This document shows positions 27,436 through 40,413 of a stretch of 64,000 bases of DNA, one piece after another. Source of the stretch: Octopus vulgaris (lineage: Eukaryota). Positions within the stretch are counted from its first letter, which is position 1; every line of letters begins with the position of its first letter. The DNA is taken from assembly GCA_951406725.2 (NCBI GenBank), contig OX597822.1:9610001-9674000 (forward strand), in the 5' to 3' direction. A program made the translations under genes and the position numbers. The notes beneath the pieces were generated by a model that saw only the letters and a program-made list of their open reading frames with translations, ran no database searches and had not been told where the DNA came from.

Positions 27436-29532
27436 CTGCAAAAGAGAAAAAGGAAACGATAAGAACAGAAATAATGATTTCAATCTTGGACACAAGGTTG
27501 GCAAGTTCCGGAGGGTGGGGGAGGGTCAGTTGATTACATCAGCCCCAGTGGTCAACTGATCCCTAGTTCACTTGACCCATAAGGATGAAAGGCAAAGTTG
27601 ACCTTGACAGAATTTGAGCTCAGAACATGAAGACGGATGAAATGCCACGAAGCATTCTGCGAGCTTGATGCTTTGACAAGAATAGAAATGATAATTAGAT
27701 TTATTCTTTTACTTGTTTCAGCTGGAGCACCGCCTTTAGCCAAACAAATCGACCCCAGGACTCATTCTTTATAAGCCTAGTGCTTATTCTATCAGTCTCT
27801 TTTGCCAAACTGCTAAGTTATGGGGACGTAACCACACCAACATTGGTTGTCAAGCGATGGTGGGGGTGGGGGTGGGGGACAAACACAGACACACATTTTA
27901 TATATACTGCATTCTCTAATAATCCGTTCCACTCTAGACACAATGCCTGAAATTTTGGTGAGAGGGACTAGTTGACTGCATCGACACCGATGCACAACTG
28001 GTGTTTATTGTATTGACCCCTGAAGAATTAGAAGGCAAAGTCAACCTCAGTGGCATTTGAGCACAGGGTATAAAACCATTGCCAGCAATTCTGTCAGCTT
28101 GCTGAATTTTGCATTCTCTAATAATAATCCTTTCTACTATAAGCACAAGTCCTGAAATTTTGGTGGAGGAGAGTTAGTCAATTACACTGACCCAAGTGCT
28201 CAACCACTTATTTTATCAACCCCGAAAAGGTTGATGGAAAGGGGGTGGGAAAAGGCAGCAAAGCATTTTGTCTGGTGTACTAACAATTCTGCCAACTCAC
28301 TGTCTGATATTCCCAAATAATAGTTTAATTTAGACACACAACCAGAAATTTTGAGGAGATGGAGAATCAATACTTATCTACCCTTGGACAACTGATATTA
28401 TATTTTATTGACTCCAAAAGGACAAAAGGCAAAGCTGACCACAATGCATCATTCATCATCATCATCATTGTTCGACCGTGGTCGAGACAATGGAATTTAC
28501 CATGCTACGCCAGACTTCACGGTCCATCATGGCATTACAGAGGTCCTGTTGCTGGATGCCTGTATCCCTGGAGATTACATCAGGGTAGGAGAGTGTGCGC
28601 CCTCTGGTATTGCGAGTAGATGGCTTCCAGAGGAGAAATTACCTCTTTTTCAGCTCTACAACAATGTCCAGCAAACTGGACTCTCTTACTGGACCACAAT
28701 GCAGTGTGAACTCAGAACATAAAACCATCAGCATAAATACTGCAATGCATTTTTACTGATGTTCTAATGAGTCTGCCAATCTTAATTTCTAATCACAATG
28801 GTTATAGTCAAAAAGTAATAATTTCTATTGGAACAAGGAGACAAACTTTTAGGAACCAAGACAAAACTAGATACAGTCAACTCAAAATATATTAAAAGTA
28901 TTTAATATCGACACTAGAAGCATGAGAAATAAAATGAATTTCAATGCAAGCATTTACACTGTTGCTCTTTTACTTATTTCAGTCATGTGACTGCGGCCAT
29001 GCTGGAGCACTGCCTTTAGTCAAGCAAATCTACCCCAGGACTTATTCTTTGTAAGCCTAGTACTTATTCTATCGGTCTCTTTTGCAGAACCGCTAAGTTA
29101 CGAGGACGTAAACACACCAGCATCAGTTGTCAAGCGATGCTGAGGGGACAAACACAGACACACAAATACATATATACGACGGGCTTCTTTCATTTTCCAT
29201 CTACCAAATCCACTCACAAGGCTTTGGTCAGCCCAAGGCTATAGTAGAAGACACTTGCCCAAGGCGCCACGCAGTGGGACCGAAACCAGAACCATGTGGT
29301 TGGTAAGCAAGCTGACAGATGACTATGATAACTAATTTTTTTTTTTTTATATGAAAAATTTCTACTTTTACTGATGAAAATTTGTCCAGTTTACTTTGAT
29401 TAATATACAGGTTGGGTACAGGGACATACTTCATTGTGCCATCCACCATTTTTCCGTATCTGCTCGGATGATCCCAAGAAACCCTGAAAGCAGTGTTGCA
29501 GTCCGTTGGCATCTTCGTGATATACTTCATCT

Positions 29533-30007
29533 ACCTATTTCTTTATTGCCCACAAGGGGCTAAACATAGAGGGGACAAACAAGGACAGACATAGGTATTA
29601 AGTCGATTACATCGACCCCAGTGTGTAACTGGTACTTAATTTATCGGCGGCGAGCTGGCAGAAACGTTAGCACGCCGGGCGAAATGCTTAGCGGTATTTC
29701 GTCTGCGTTACGTTGTGAGTTCAAATGAGGTCGACTTTGCCTTTCATCCTTTCGGGGTCGATAAATTAAGTACCAGTTACGAACTGGGGTCAATGTAATC
29801 GACTTAATACCTATGTCTGTCCTTGTTTGTTCCATCTGTGTTTAGCCCCTTGTGCGTAATAAAGAAATAGGTACTTAATTTATCGACCCCGAGAGGATGA
29901 AAGGCAAAGTCGACCTCGGTGGAATTTGAACTCCCAACGTAATGACAGACGAAATATACGTCTACGTATATCGCCCGGCGTGCTGACATTTCTGCCAGTT
30001 TGCCGCC
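29533..30007 (-). mobile_element. SINE B interrupted by an antisense SINE B (29646-29870)
   Basis: 16-bp target duplication GGTACTTAATTTATCG at 29631-29646 and 29870-29885. Confidence 0.88.
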
Positions 30008-31432
30008 TTCAGTGTTCAAATTACTCTGTTAAATGCAATAATTTTTCACTCAAATTGTTTTTAATTAATCATGCATTATCTCACAGCTGTGAAGTTTTGT
30101 TTATTTGAATGATTATTTATTTGAATACAAGACATGTAGAATATTTAGGCAGGATATCTTTTATCTTTCTTTTATCTTTTACTTGTTTCAGTCATTTGAC
30201 TGCGGCCATGCTGGAGCACCGCCTTTAGTCGAGCAAATCGACCTTGGGACTTATTCTTTGTAAGCCCAGTACTTATTCTATCGGTCTCTTTTTGCCGAAC
30301 CGCTAAGTGACGGGGATGTAAACACACCAGCATCGGTTGTCAAGCAATGCTAGGGGGACAAACACAGACACACAAACATACATATACATATATATATACG
30401 ACAGGCTTCTTTCAGTTTCCGTCTACCAAATTCACTCACAAGGCATTGGTCGGCCAGTTTAAACACCAAAGGGTTAAGCAGAAGCTGGCCACCAGTAGTT
30501 CACAGAGAGAGAACAAGCTGTAAACAGCCAGCAGTAATTTCCCAAGTCACAAAACTGGAGCCAGCCAGCCATCAAGCAGTAGTTTGTACCGGTGGGGAAA
30601 CGGACCTTGAGCCAGTAGCAGATTACTCAGACACACACAAATGCAACAAGCAGTCATTTTGCTCAAATACACAATAATGTAAAAGTCAGCAGTAAAATCT
30701 GAACTCAAACCCATAAAGTGAACAGTAAAATTACCTTAACCTGATAAGCGCTGTGATTTATAACACACACACCTTACATCCTCCACTCTCCTTCCACCAG
30801 GCTATGCTTCCTTATGGACAGTGTTCCCAGTTTTATCTATTTCGCTGACTACGGAATAAAGTTTTCCAAAAGCTACTGAACAGCTATACGGCATTTACTA
30901 CACACATGCCAGCAGCAGCCAGATTAGGTGAAGACACCAATTCAATTAACTGCTTTTATTTATGGACCCCAAGAGTTACCAATAAATAAAATCAACTGGA
31001 ATCAGCCAAGAAGAATTAATCACTCTCCAAGCTGTCCATTTACTAGTGGTCAATGTCCATTTTGTCACAAGCACTCTGCCAGTCTACTACTACTACTATT
31101 TATTGTGAGCACTGCTGTGTGATTAAGAAGTTCACTTTGCAACCACATGGTCCTGGGTTCAATCCCACTGCACAATACTTAGAGAAAGTGTTTGTTGTTT
31201 GCAAGTAAAATTTGATAGACACAAAATGAGCAGAAAGCTATCATATGGTATGAGAGAGTGAGAGAGCGCACAAGAGAGAGTGTGAGCATGCAACAGAGGG
31301 GGGAGATGGAGAGGGGAGGGGAGAAGGGATGGTTATGGGAAGATAGAGGGAGGAGAGACAGAGGGGGAGATAGGAGAAGAGGAGATGAGGGGAATGATGA
31401 GACAGAGAGGGAGAGGTGGTAGTACTCTCTTT

Positions 31433-31806
31433 TTTACTCTTTTACTTGTTTCAGTCATTTGACTGCGGCCATGCTGGAGCACCGCCTTTTAGTCGAGCAA
31501 ATCGACCCCGAGACTTATTCTTTGTAAGCCCAGTACTTATTCTATCGGTCTCTTTTGCCGAACCACTAAGTGATGGGGACATAAACACACCAGCATCGAT
31601 TGTCAGGCAATGCTAGGGGGACAAACACAGACACACACACATATATACGACAGGCTTCTTTCAGTTTCCGTCTACCAAATCTACTCACAAGGCATTGGTC
31701 GGCCCGGGGCTATAGCAGAAGTCACTTGCCCAAGATGCCACGCAGTGGAAGTGAACCCGGAACCATGTGGTTGGTTAGCAAGCTACTTACCACACATCCA
31801 CTCCTG
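31433..31806 (-). mobile_element. SINE A, full length
   Basis: Reverse complement of the 13348-13744 sequence; preceded by a GA-rich tract at 31250-31415. Confidence 0.9.
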
Positions 31807-31978
31807 CTAGTGAGTGGAATTTTTTTTTTTTTAACCAAGTTTTCTTTCCTCCATTACTTAGCCCGTCTGCAATGCTTTCACGTGATTAGTCGAAGGAAAA
31901 GGTAAAAAGAGAGGGGGGGAAATAGGAGTGGAAAGTGAAAGAGTGCTGTGTATTAAATTTATAAAATTGTGCATAAAG

Positions 31979-32019
<41 letters not shown>

Positions 32020-32178
32020 TATTATAAGCTCAGCAAAATTTAGATTCACATGAATATGGTACTTAAGTTAAAGGCACCAGAATTTTGTATGGTATTATCC
32101 ATATAAATCAAATGGGGTGATTGTAATCAAAATAAGCAACAAATATACACTATCTTGGATATCCTTGTTGCTTACTTT

Positions 32179-32209
<31 letters not shown>

Positions 32210-32585
32210 CTAGCAGTATCGCCCGGCGTTGCTCGGGTTTGTAAGGGAAATAACTATATAAGCATTTTTAGAGAGTTATAGCCAAAAAATAGCAAAAAAA
32301 TGCATTAAAAATGGAAAAAAAATTATGGTAAATTTTTTTTTAAATCGTTGACTCATCATAGACATTTTTAGAGAGTTACTTCCTTATATAATAACGAAAA
32401 AAATGATGGTAAATTTTTTTTTTAAATCGTAGACTCATCGTAGACGCGCGCTAATACCCAAAAGGGCTCGACATGAATCACGACTATAAGATACCCGCTT
32501 TTCCTTACACTGCACCGCAAAATGTGGGAGTAGTTAGGAACCTAAATCGTAGGAGACAGACACACAACCTTACTTTTATATATAA

Positions 32586-32588
<3 letters not shown>
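32210..32588 (-). mobile_element. Non-autonomous Helitron inserted in (TA)n
   Basis: TC...hairpin-CTAG ends, flanked on both sides by (TA)n. Confidence 0.85.
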
Positions 32589-32622
<34 letters not shown>

Positions 32623-33274
32623 GTGCATAAAGTAGTCATCATATTCCAGTTTCCTTCACTTTTCAATGATTAGCAGACAAGTGACTATCTTTTGATACAG
32701 ACACAACACACGCTACACTTTCAGGTTTTTTTAATAAAGTTTGCAGAAACAACCCAATAAGTTTACCATTAATTCCATGAAATATTCATGGGTCCCGCTG
32801 GTATAATTTATTAAAGGAAACTTGCCGATTTACAGCAGGAGCACTAAACTGGATTAAAATACCTTACAATATTTTAACTATCTTGCCACAATCTGAGTTC
32901 AATTCTTGTAGATGTTGTTGACCTTACAGCAGAAATGACAGACACTGAACTGGATTCTTGGTTGTATTCAATTACATTTCAACCTAGTTTGCAGGTCAAT
33001 TTCTGCCACGGTAGACCCCTCATGACATGTGGATGAAATGAGAAATAATATCTCAGAAAGAGTGTTTGAATCACTTCAACAAATGTGGCTTTGAGTCAAA
33101 GACAAATCAGAAATATGGTACATCATCACTTTCCATGATGGCATGGGTTTGAGAGTTTGACTGAAACCTGGTAAGCCAATCTGATTTGGCAAGGTTTCTA
33201 CAGTTGGATGCCCTTCCTAACATCAACCACTCAGTGTAGTGGGTGCTTTTTACGTGCCACCAGCACAGATGCTA

Positions 33275-33453
33275 TTATGGCATTGATGATTAGTGCACAC
33301 ACTTGGCGCTGTCCATAAATAAAGAGTTAATTGAATTCCTCTCTTAGTTCAGAGTCATATAAATAAATTCTGTCAAAAGCTTTACAAGTTTCTCTAAAGC
33401 AGGCAGGCAAACCTTATAGAATCGTGTAGATACGATCTTTATTATATACAAAA
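33275..33453 (+). repeat. Left arm of 179-bp inverted duplication
   Basis: Reverse complement of 36813-36991 with 2 mismatches. Confidence 0.95.
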
Positions 33454-33591
33454 GAGGCGCAAAATGAAAAGATTTCATTAAATTGCTTTGACAGACAAGG
33501 TAAAAAATGGTTGTTTGGGAGAGAGGGCTAAATCAGCTGACAAAGCAGGAATGTTTCAGGTAATCTGAAAGAGTAAATAAGAATTACTTAC

Positions 33592-33659
33592 CTTCTCAGT
33601 GAGGTAGGTTTCTACTGCTTTCATACATTCTATGATGTAGTCATTCATGGCGTTGAACA
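33592..33659 (-). CDS. MIS12: Mis12 coding exon 2 ((V)FNAMNDYIIECMKAVETYLTEK)
   Basis: 68 nt with CAG acceptor (33660-33662) and GTAAGT donor. Phase 1 in, phase 0 out, compatible with both neighbours. Resembles the Mis12 segment IYIAFQDYLFEVMQAVE. Confidence 0.92.
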
Positions 33660-34983
33660 CTGTTAGAGAAGCAGAAAAAGTAAATGAATGGCTTTGTAGT
33701 CAAGAAATGCACTTTGTAATTGTGGTTTATGGACATTAACCTCTCCGTGTGGAACCATGGGCAAATGCTTTCTACCATAGCTTCAGATTATAACAATAAT
33801 GAAGTCTGCTTTGCAACTATATGGTTCTGAAATTCAAACCCCCAGACAGAACTGTGGGCAGGTAGTTACAACCACAGCTGCAGGTTGATGGAAACTATGT
33901 GAAACCCATCAAAGTAATCTTGTTCTTAAGTGGCAGCCTCTATTTGCTACTCAGTTTAGATTGTGCCACAATACAAAAAAAATCGAATTACGCAGTAAAG
34001 TGGTAGGCGTTAGGAAGGAAATACAGCCATAGAAATCATATCAAAGCAGACCCGGGTTCATGCTGCAGTCCTCCGATTCGCCAGACCCTGTTAAATCAGC
34101 CCACCAGTACTAGCATATAAGCAAATAATACCATCAGTTATAGGTTCCCAGTCAAGTAATTGCTAATTCATTGCATTTACAACAGAGAATGTTAAAGGAG
34201 TAGCTTATAATTCAGTGCAGAACAATTACCACAAAGGCTATTGAACAGTAGTTCTGGGTGTTTCACCAATATTTACATCTGCTGCCATGGTGGGACACAG
34301 CCTCAAAGAATTTTTAGTCTAATGGATCAACCCCAGTACTTAATTATTCTTTTAAGCCTAGTACTTATGGTATAAGTTTCTTTTGATGGACTGCTAAGTC
34401 ATGGGGACATAAACACACCAACAGTGGTTGTCAAGCAGTGGAGGTGGGGGGGGGGGGGGCAAACAGAGACTCAAATACACACACAAATCCACTCACAAGG
34501 ATTTGGTCGGCCCAATTATATAGACAACACTTACCCAAGGTGCCATACAGTGGGAATGAACCTGCAAACTTCTTACCACACAGCTAGAATTTTATCTTTC
34601 AGTATGGCAGGCTGAAGTGACATTTCCACATTACCTGTTTGTGAATCTAGCTGGCACTAGGAAGGGTATTAAGCCATAGAACCATGCACAAAATGTGGTC
34701 TTCCGAAAAATCTTTGAAGGAAGTAACCAAGTAAGGATTGATATGGACTGTAACAAGTCATGGCTTTCCTTGAAAAAAAAAAAAAAAAAAAGCATCGACA
34801 ATCTATCACCATGGTTACTGTCTCATCCCGAGTCTGTGCTCGAAGAAACTTACAAGATCCCAAGGTGCAACACTGGGAATGAAGTGAGAGCAATGGGATT
34901 ACCAAACAAATTTCCTACAGACAAACCAAATATGCACCAAATGAGGGGTAAAAAGCAGGGAAAAAGAAGAGCAAAATGGTACC

Positions 34984-35213
34984 TTAACCCTTTAGTGTTC
35001 AGATTACTCTGTTAAATCTAAGACTTTTTTCACTCAAATCGTTTTGAATTCATCATACATTATCTTATAGCTTTGAAGTTTCAATGGTATGATAGTTTAT
35101 TCTTAGAATGTCAATGTAGGTTAGGTGTGAGAGGCTAAATATGGCCAGTTTGAATGTAAAAACATGTAGGATATTTGGGCCGGATATGGCCGGCTTAAAC
35201 ACCAAAGGGTTAA
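34984..35213. mobile_element. piggyBac-like MITE family 2, intact copy
   Basis: TTAA-CCCTTTAGTGTT ... AACACCAAAGGG-TTAA; related copies at ~2040-2470, 3185-3387, 7325-7760, 14540-14725 and 15430-15606. Confidence 0.8.
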
Positions 35214-35348
35214 AGCTTCAGCTTCTAACAAAGAACACAAGAAGGAAAGCAAGAATTAAAGTTAGTAGGAATATGCAATGAAGAGCAAAAACGAAAGATT
35301 AAAAATAAACACACTATTATATAGCCTCGTCAATTATTGTAAACTCAC

Positions 35349-35436
35349 CTCCATTACAGAATGACTTTGGTGTGAATCCAAAAAACTGGGCGGCATACTC
35401 TTCCATTTTCATGTTTTCAAGATCAGCTTCAGCCAT
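35349..35436 (-). CDS. MIS12: Mis12 kinetochore protein homologue, first coding exon (MAEADLENMKMEEYAAQFFGFTPKSFCNG+G)
   Basis: Manual minus-strand translation gives EYAAQFFGFTP, matching the N-terminal Mis12 motif (human YEAQFFGFTP). Polypyrimidine tract and AG acceptor at 35461-35462 (exon 35349-35460, 24 nt of 5'UTR with an in-frame TAA). GTGAG donor at 35348-35344, phase 1. Confidence 0.93.
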
Positions 35437-36057
35437 CTTGGTACGTTATTGAATTGAGGACTAGAAGAAAAAGAAAAAAACAGGGATGAATTTCATTGTC
35501 TGTCTGCGTGTCTCTGTGCATCTCTTATGCATTCCTCCCACTCTCTCTCTCCCTCCTTCTCTTGTCACCAGTCCTCCAAGACATTTTCATTTTCCTTTGC
35601 ATCACCACATATTTGTCTGTCTTGCGGCCACACACCGTTTTGCAATGTATGTATGATTTTGTTTCCGTCATTGTCCTGTACATTCGTTAGCTATTCCCAG
35701 TGGCTATTTGCCACTGGCGCCACCAAAAGGGAACAATATCAACACTGAATTAGTGAAACTTAACATTGACTGATGAGGAATAAAGCTATGAATTTTATGT
35801 TGTTTTTGTAAAATTTTCCATTTGCTGTATTTTTGTCAAACTTTTTTAATGGAACAGACAGTAAACTATATATGTATATATATTACCTTCAAAATGCAGA
35901 GTAGACAAAACAGGGACAACTGAAGAAGGGCAATATTCCTTGTGTTGTATGTCTTGTACTCTGTTTTTTTTTTTTCTCGTTAGAAAATAAGTTCGTTTCT
36001 ATGTTTTTGTTTTTCATTGTGTTCCACGTTTTTTTGATGTCCTGTACCCATATATGC

Positions 36058-36114
<57 letters not shown>

Positions 36115-36812
36115 CATATATATATATATTATTTTATGATCGAACTCCACACATCCTTTTCCAAGTAAGTTTTATATATATATGTGTGTGTGTGTGTATA
36201 TATATATATATACATCATCTCCAAACCTTCCAATATATATAGATGGCTATTATACTTTACATCTCTAAAAATGCTTATATAGTTATTTCCCTTACAAACC
36301 CGAGCAACGCCGGGCGATACTGCTAGTAATACATAAGTCTGTTCCAGTTCTTTACATTTGGAGCTCAGATCCTTGCAAGGTCAACTTTAATTTTTTTGTC
36401 CTCCTTAGGCTCAGAGCATAAAGTACCAGTTGAGGTTGGTGAATGGCAGAATGGTTAGAACATCGAGCACGATGATTGGCAGTATTTGGTATTTATTTTG
36501 GCTCCTTCCATTCTGCACATTCAGGGCAAGAATGACAGATTTATCAGTATGTATGATATTGTCGTGACCCTGTAAAGTCTCCTGTTGTTCCCATGATCAT
36601 GGACGCTCAAGGGGTTTGGTCATCAACCTGATGGCATATAGTCATTCCTTATACTACTAATCTTTAATTTATATTCAACAGTAAATGAACATTACATCTG
36701 ATTACCTAGCTTGTTCCATTTCTTTCTTTTCTAATAACTATAAGGAACAAATTTTTATCATTTCTAAGTCGTATACAATTCCACCCACCACCACAACTAC
36801 GACGACTTAGAA

Positions 36813-36991
36813 TTTTGTATATAATAAAGATCGTATCTACATGATTCTATAAGGTTTGCCTGCCTGCTTTAGAGAAACTTGTAAAGCTTTTGACAGAATT
36901 TATTTATACGACTCTGAACTAAGAGAGGAATTCAATTAACTCTTTATTTATGGACAGCGCCAAGTGTGTGCACTAATCATCAATGCCATAA
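36813..36991 (-). repeat. Right arm of 179-bp inverted duplication
   Basis: Reverse complement of 33275-33453. Confidence 0.95.
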
Positions 36992-37332
36992 ATAAAATGT
37001 ACTGGAATCTGCTATGAAGAATCAATCACTTCTGCGTGGGCAGTTGAGTTGGTGCAGAAGAGTGCACAAGAATTTGTTCTTGCCTGTAGTCAATTTTAAA
37101 TTCTTTGGTTCTGTTTCAGTACCTGTTCAGGTTAACTTCATTCATTTGTTCCTTATGAGAGAGAGAGAGAGAAAGAGAGAGAGGAGGGGAGTGTAAACTG
37201 CATTAATTTATTTCTGTGGTGCCGGACATGAACATTACAAGCGCATATTTAACTTTAATAAGACGAGCTTGCAGGATCGTTACGGTGCTGAGCAAACTGC
37301 TTAGTAGCATTTTAGTCTTTTACTCTATTGTT

Positions 37333-37690
37333 TCACTCATTTTGACTGCGGCCATGCTGGAGCACCGCCTTTAGTCGAGCAATTCGACCACAGGACTTAT
37401 TCTTTGTAAGCCTAGTACTTATTCTATCAGTTTCTTTTGCCAAACCGCTAAGCCATGGGGACGTAAACACACCAGCACCAGTTGTCAAGCGATGTTGCAG
37501 GGACAGACACAGACACACAAACATATACGCACACACATACATATATACGACGGGCTTCTTTCAGTTTCCGTCTACCAAATCCACTCACAAGGCTTTGGTC
37601 TGCCCCAGGCTATAGTAGAAGACACTTGCCCAAGGTGCCATGCAGTGGGACTGAATCTGGAAGATACTTACCACACAGCCACTCCTACGC
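37333..37690 (-). mobile_element. SINE A
   Basis: Matches the other family A copies. Confidence 0.85.
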
Positions 37691-39413
37691 ATTTCTTTCA
37701 AACTTTACATTCTAAGTTCAAATGCTGCTGTAGTCAACTTTGTGTTTCATCATTTCGGGATCAATAAAAATCAGTAAATGTTATCAATTTATCCCCCCAC
37801 CCACCCCAAAATTGCTGGCCTTCTGCTGAAGGTTGAAACCAATATTAACTTCAATACTAACAGTGGCATCAAAGTGGTAAACGGAATCATTTGCCTGGCA
37901 AAATGCTCAGGGGGAATCTCGTCAATTTTTACATTCGGAGTTCAAATTCAACTGAAGATGACTTTGCCTTTCATCTTTTCGGTGTCAATAAAATAAAAAC
38001 CAGTAAAGCACTGGGGTCGACGTAATCAACTAGTTACCCACAGACACACCCACCCTATCCCCCACAAAATTTCAGGTCTTGTACCTATAGTAGAAAGAAA
38101 TATTAACAGTGGCATCAGCAAAAATGTCTTTCAGGTTCATTTCTGGTACATAAGCAGTCACCAGTTCAGGCCAGACTTTCCTTTTAACTCTCCAAAAGCT
38201 ACCACTTGTACTACAATATCAAGTCTGTTTTACAGTTCCTGGTTCATTCCTACCATCTTGTTGTAGAACATGACAGAGCACCATCTTTATATTCAAATCA
38301 AAATATTTCCATAACCAAGTTATTATTGTTCTAAATTATCTGTATGATAATTAAGTTAATTTAATAAATGCCTTAATTCTTCATTTTCCAAATCAACTGA
38401 AATACACAGGTAGAATTCTCAATTAGGATTATAGTAACAAAGGGATTCGTTAAAGTGGGTTCTAATGGAATATGTTTTTATTTTTAAATACCATAATCTG
38501 AAGAATCTGCTTCACAGAATGTTTGGTGCTTTTCACGTACCTGTTTACATTTTCTCTTCAGGCAGGTGAAATTGAAATCAAATTCAATAACAGCACTGCA
38601 TAACTGGCATCCGTGGCTAGTGGAGCGCTAAGAGCACCATCTGAGCATGATCGTTGCCAGGGCTGCTGACTGGCCCTGTGCCGGTAGCACATAAAAAGCA
38701 CCGTTCGACCGTGATTGTTACCAGCATCGCCTTACTGGCACGTGAAAAACATTCGAGCTAGGGTGTTGCCAGTGCCGCTGGACTGGCTCCTGTGCAGGTG
38801 ACACGTAAAAACACCATTTGAGCGTAGCCATTGCCAATACCACATGACTGGCCCTCGTGCCTGTGGCACATAAAAGCACCCACTACACTCTCAGAGTAGT
38901 TGGCGTTAGGAAGGGCATCCAGCTGAAGAAGCTCTGCCAGATGAAATTGGAGCCTGGTGCAGCCATCCAGCTCACCAGTTCCCAGTCAAATCGTCCAACC
39001 CATGCCAGCATGGAAAGCAGACGTTAAACGATGATGATCATCATCATTATACTTAATGTACATGCACCATTGAACAATACGATGCTGTGGGTTTATGTTT
39101 TAATGGATATGTTGCTATATTATCAACCCTGAGAAGGATGAAAAGCAAAGTCAACTTCAATGGGATTAGAACTCAGAACATAAAGAACCAGAAGAAATGC
39201 CACTAAGCATTCTGTCTGGTGCAGAAACAACTCTGCTAGTTTACAGCTCAGTGGAGAGAAGACTGGGGTCTTAAAGAAAAGCAATGATTTCAATTAAGGT
39301 TAGAAATAAAAAAAAAGTAAAAACGAAAAAATATAGATGTGAATATTATAAATTAAGGGTGATAATGGTATTCATATATGTACTTATCCATACAACATAC
39401 ATACACACATCAT

Positions 39414-39642
39414 TTAACCCTTTCGTTACTAACCCAGCCAAAACCGGCTCTGGCTCTGTAGTACAAATGTCTTGTTTTCATAAGTTTTGCATCAAAATAT
39501 ACCACCAAACCTTAGTTGCAATTTATATTCCTAACACTAGCTTAATGATAGCTAAGTTATTTTACTAAATTCTTTGTAATATTTAAAATGATTGAAAGCA
39601 ACACAGAGCATCTCAAAATAAATACGGTAACGAAAGGGTTTT
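39414..39642. mobile_element. piggyBac-like MITE family 1
   Basis: TTAA-CCCTTTCGTTAC ... GTAACGAAAGGG. Confidence 0.85.
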
Positions 39643-40131
39643 AACATTTGTTATCCATGCTGGCATCGGTTGAGCAGTTTCATCAGAGCTGGGAAGCTGC
39701 ACCAGACTCTGGTCTGATTTCGCATGGTTTCTACTGCTGGATGCCCTTCCTAACTCCAACCACTCTGCAGAGTGTGCTGGATGCTTTTTATGTAGCACCA
39801 CCACAAGCACTTTACATCACTAGAAGTATCAGTCTTAACACTTCTGCTGCAGAGTGCAAGTCTTCTTGAATACAGCAAAGGTGCCAGGCATCTCACCTGA
39901 AAGATTCAGCCTCCCAAGGTTGTTCTTCAGAACTTCATTCCATGCCTTCCTGGGTTTCCCCACTTCCAGAGATCACCACTTCTTTATGAGACTGTTGGCA
40001 TTCATCCACATCACATATGACCAAACCAGCACAGTCTTCCCTCTTGCACACAGCAACCAAGTCCTCTTATTTGTTTGTTTGTTTGTTTTTCCAGTTTCAG
40101 TTCTTGAGCTGTGGCCATGCTGGGGCACCGC

Positions 40132-40296
40132 CATTGTGGTGAAAGAGTACAGCAGGGATCACCACCCCCTGCCGGAGCCTCGTAGAGCTTTTAGGTGTTT
40201 TCGCTCAATAAACACACACAACGCCCGGTCTGAGAATCGAAACCGCGATCCTGCGACCGCGAGTCCGCTGCCCTAACCACTAGGCCATTGCGCCTC
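40132..40296 (-). mobile_element. tRNA-derived SINE family D, 5' part
   Basis: Minus strand GGCGCAATGGCCTAGTGGTTAGGGC...GGTTTCGATTC head; longer copy at ~60995-61287. Confidence 0.7.
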
Positions 40297-40413
40297 TGTT
40301 ATGCCTAACTCCTCTTTAAAAATATTAGCACTGTTGAGCATGTGCACTTACATTACACATCCAACAGAGCATACTAGACTCGTGTGTATGTGTGTGCCTG
40401 TATATATATATAC

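Noticed and set aside
33275-36991. Pack-MULE-type element with 179-bp TIRs capturing Mis12 exons
   Set aside because: No 8-11-bp TSD, and the enclosed exons are in frame with exons outside the arms.
40215-40296. tRNA gene
   Set aside because: A and B boxes are present, but there is no proper acceptor stem and the sequence continues into a SINE body also found at ~61.0-61.3 kb.
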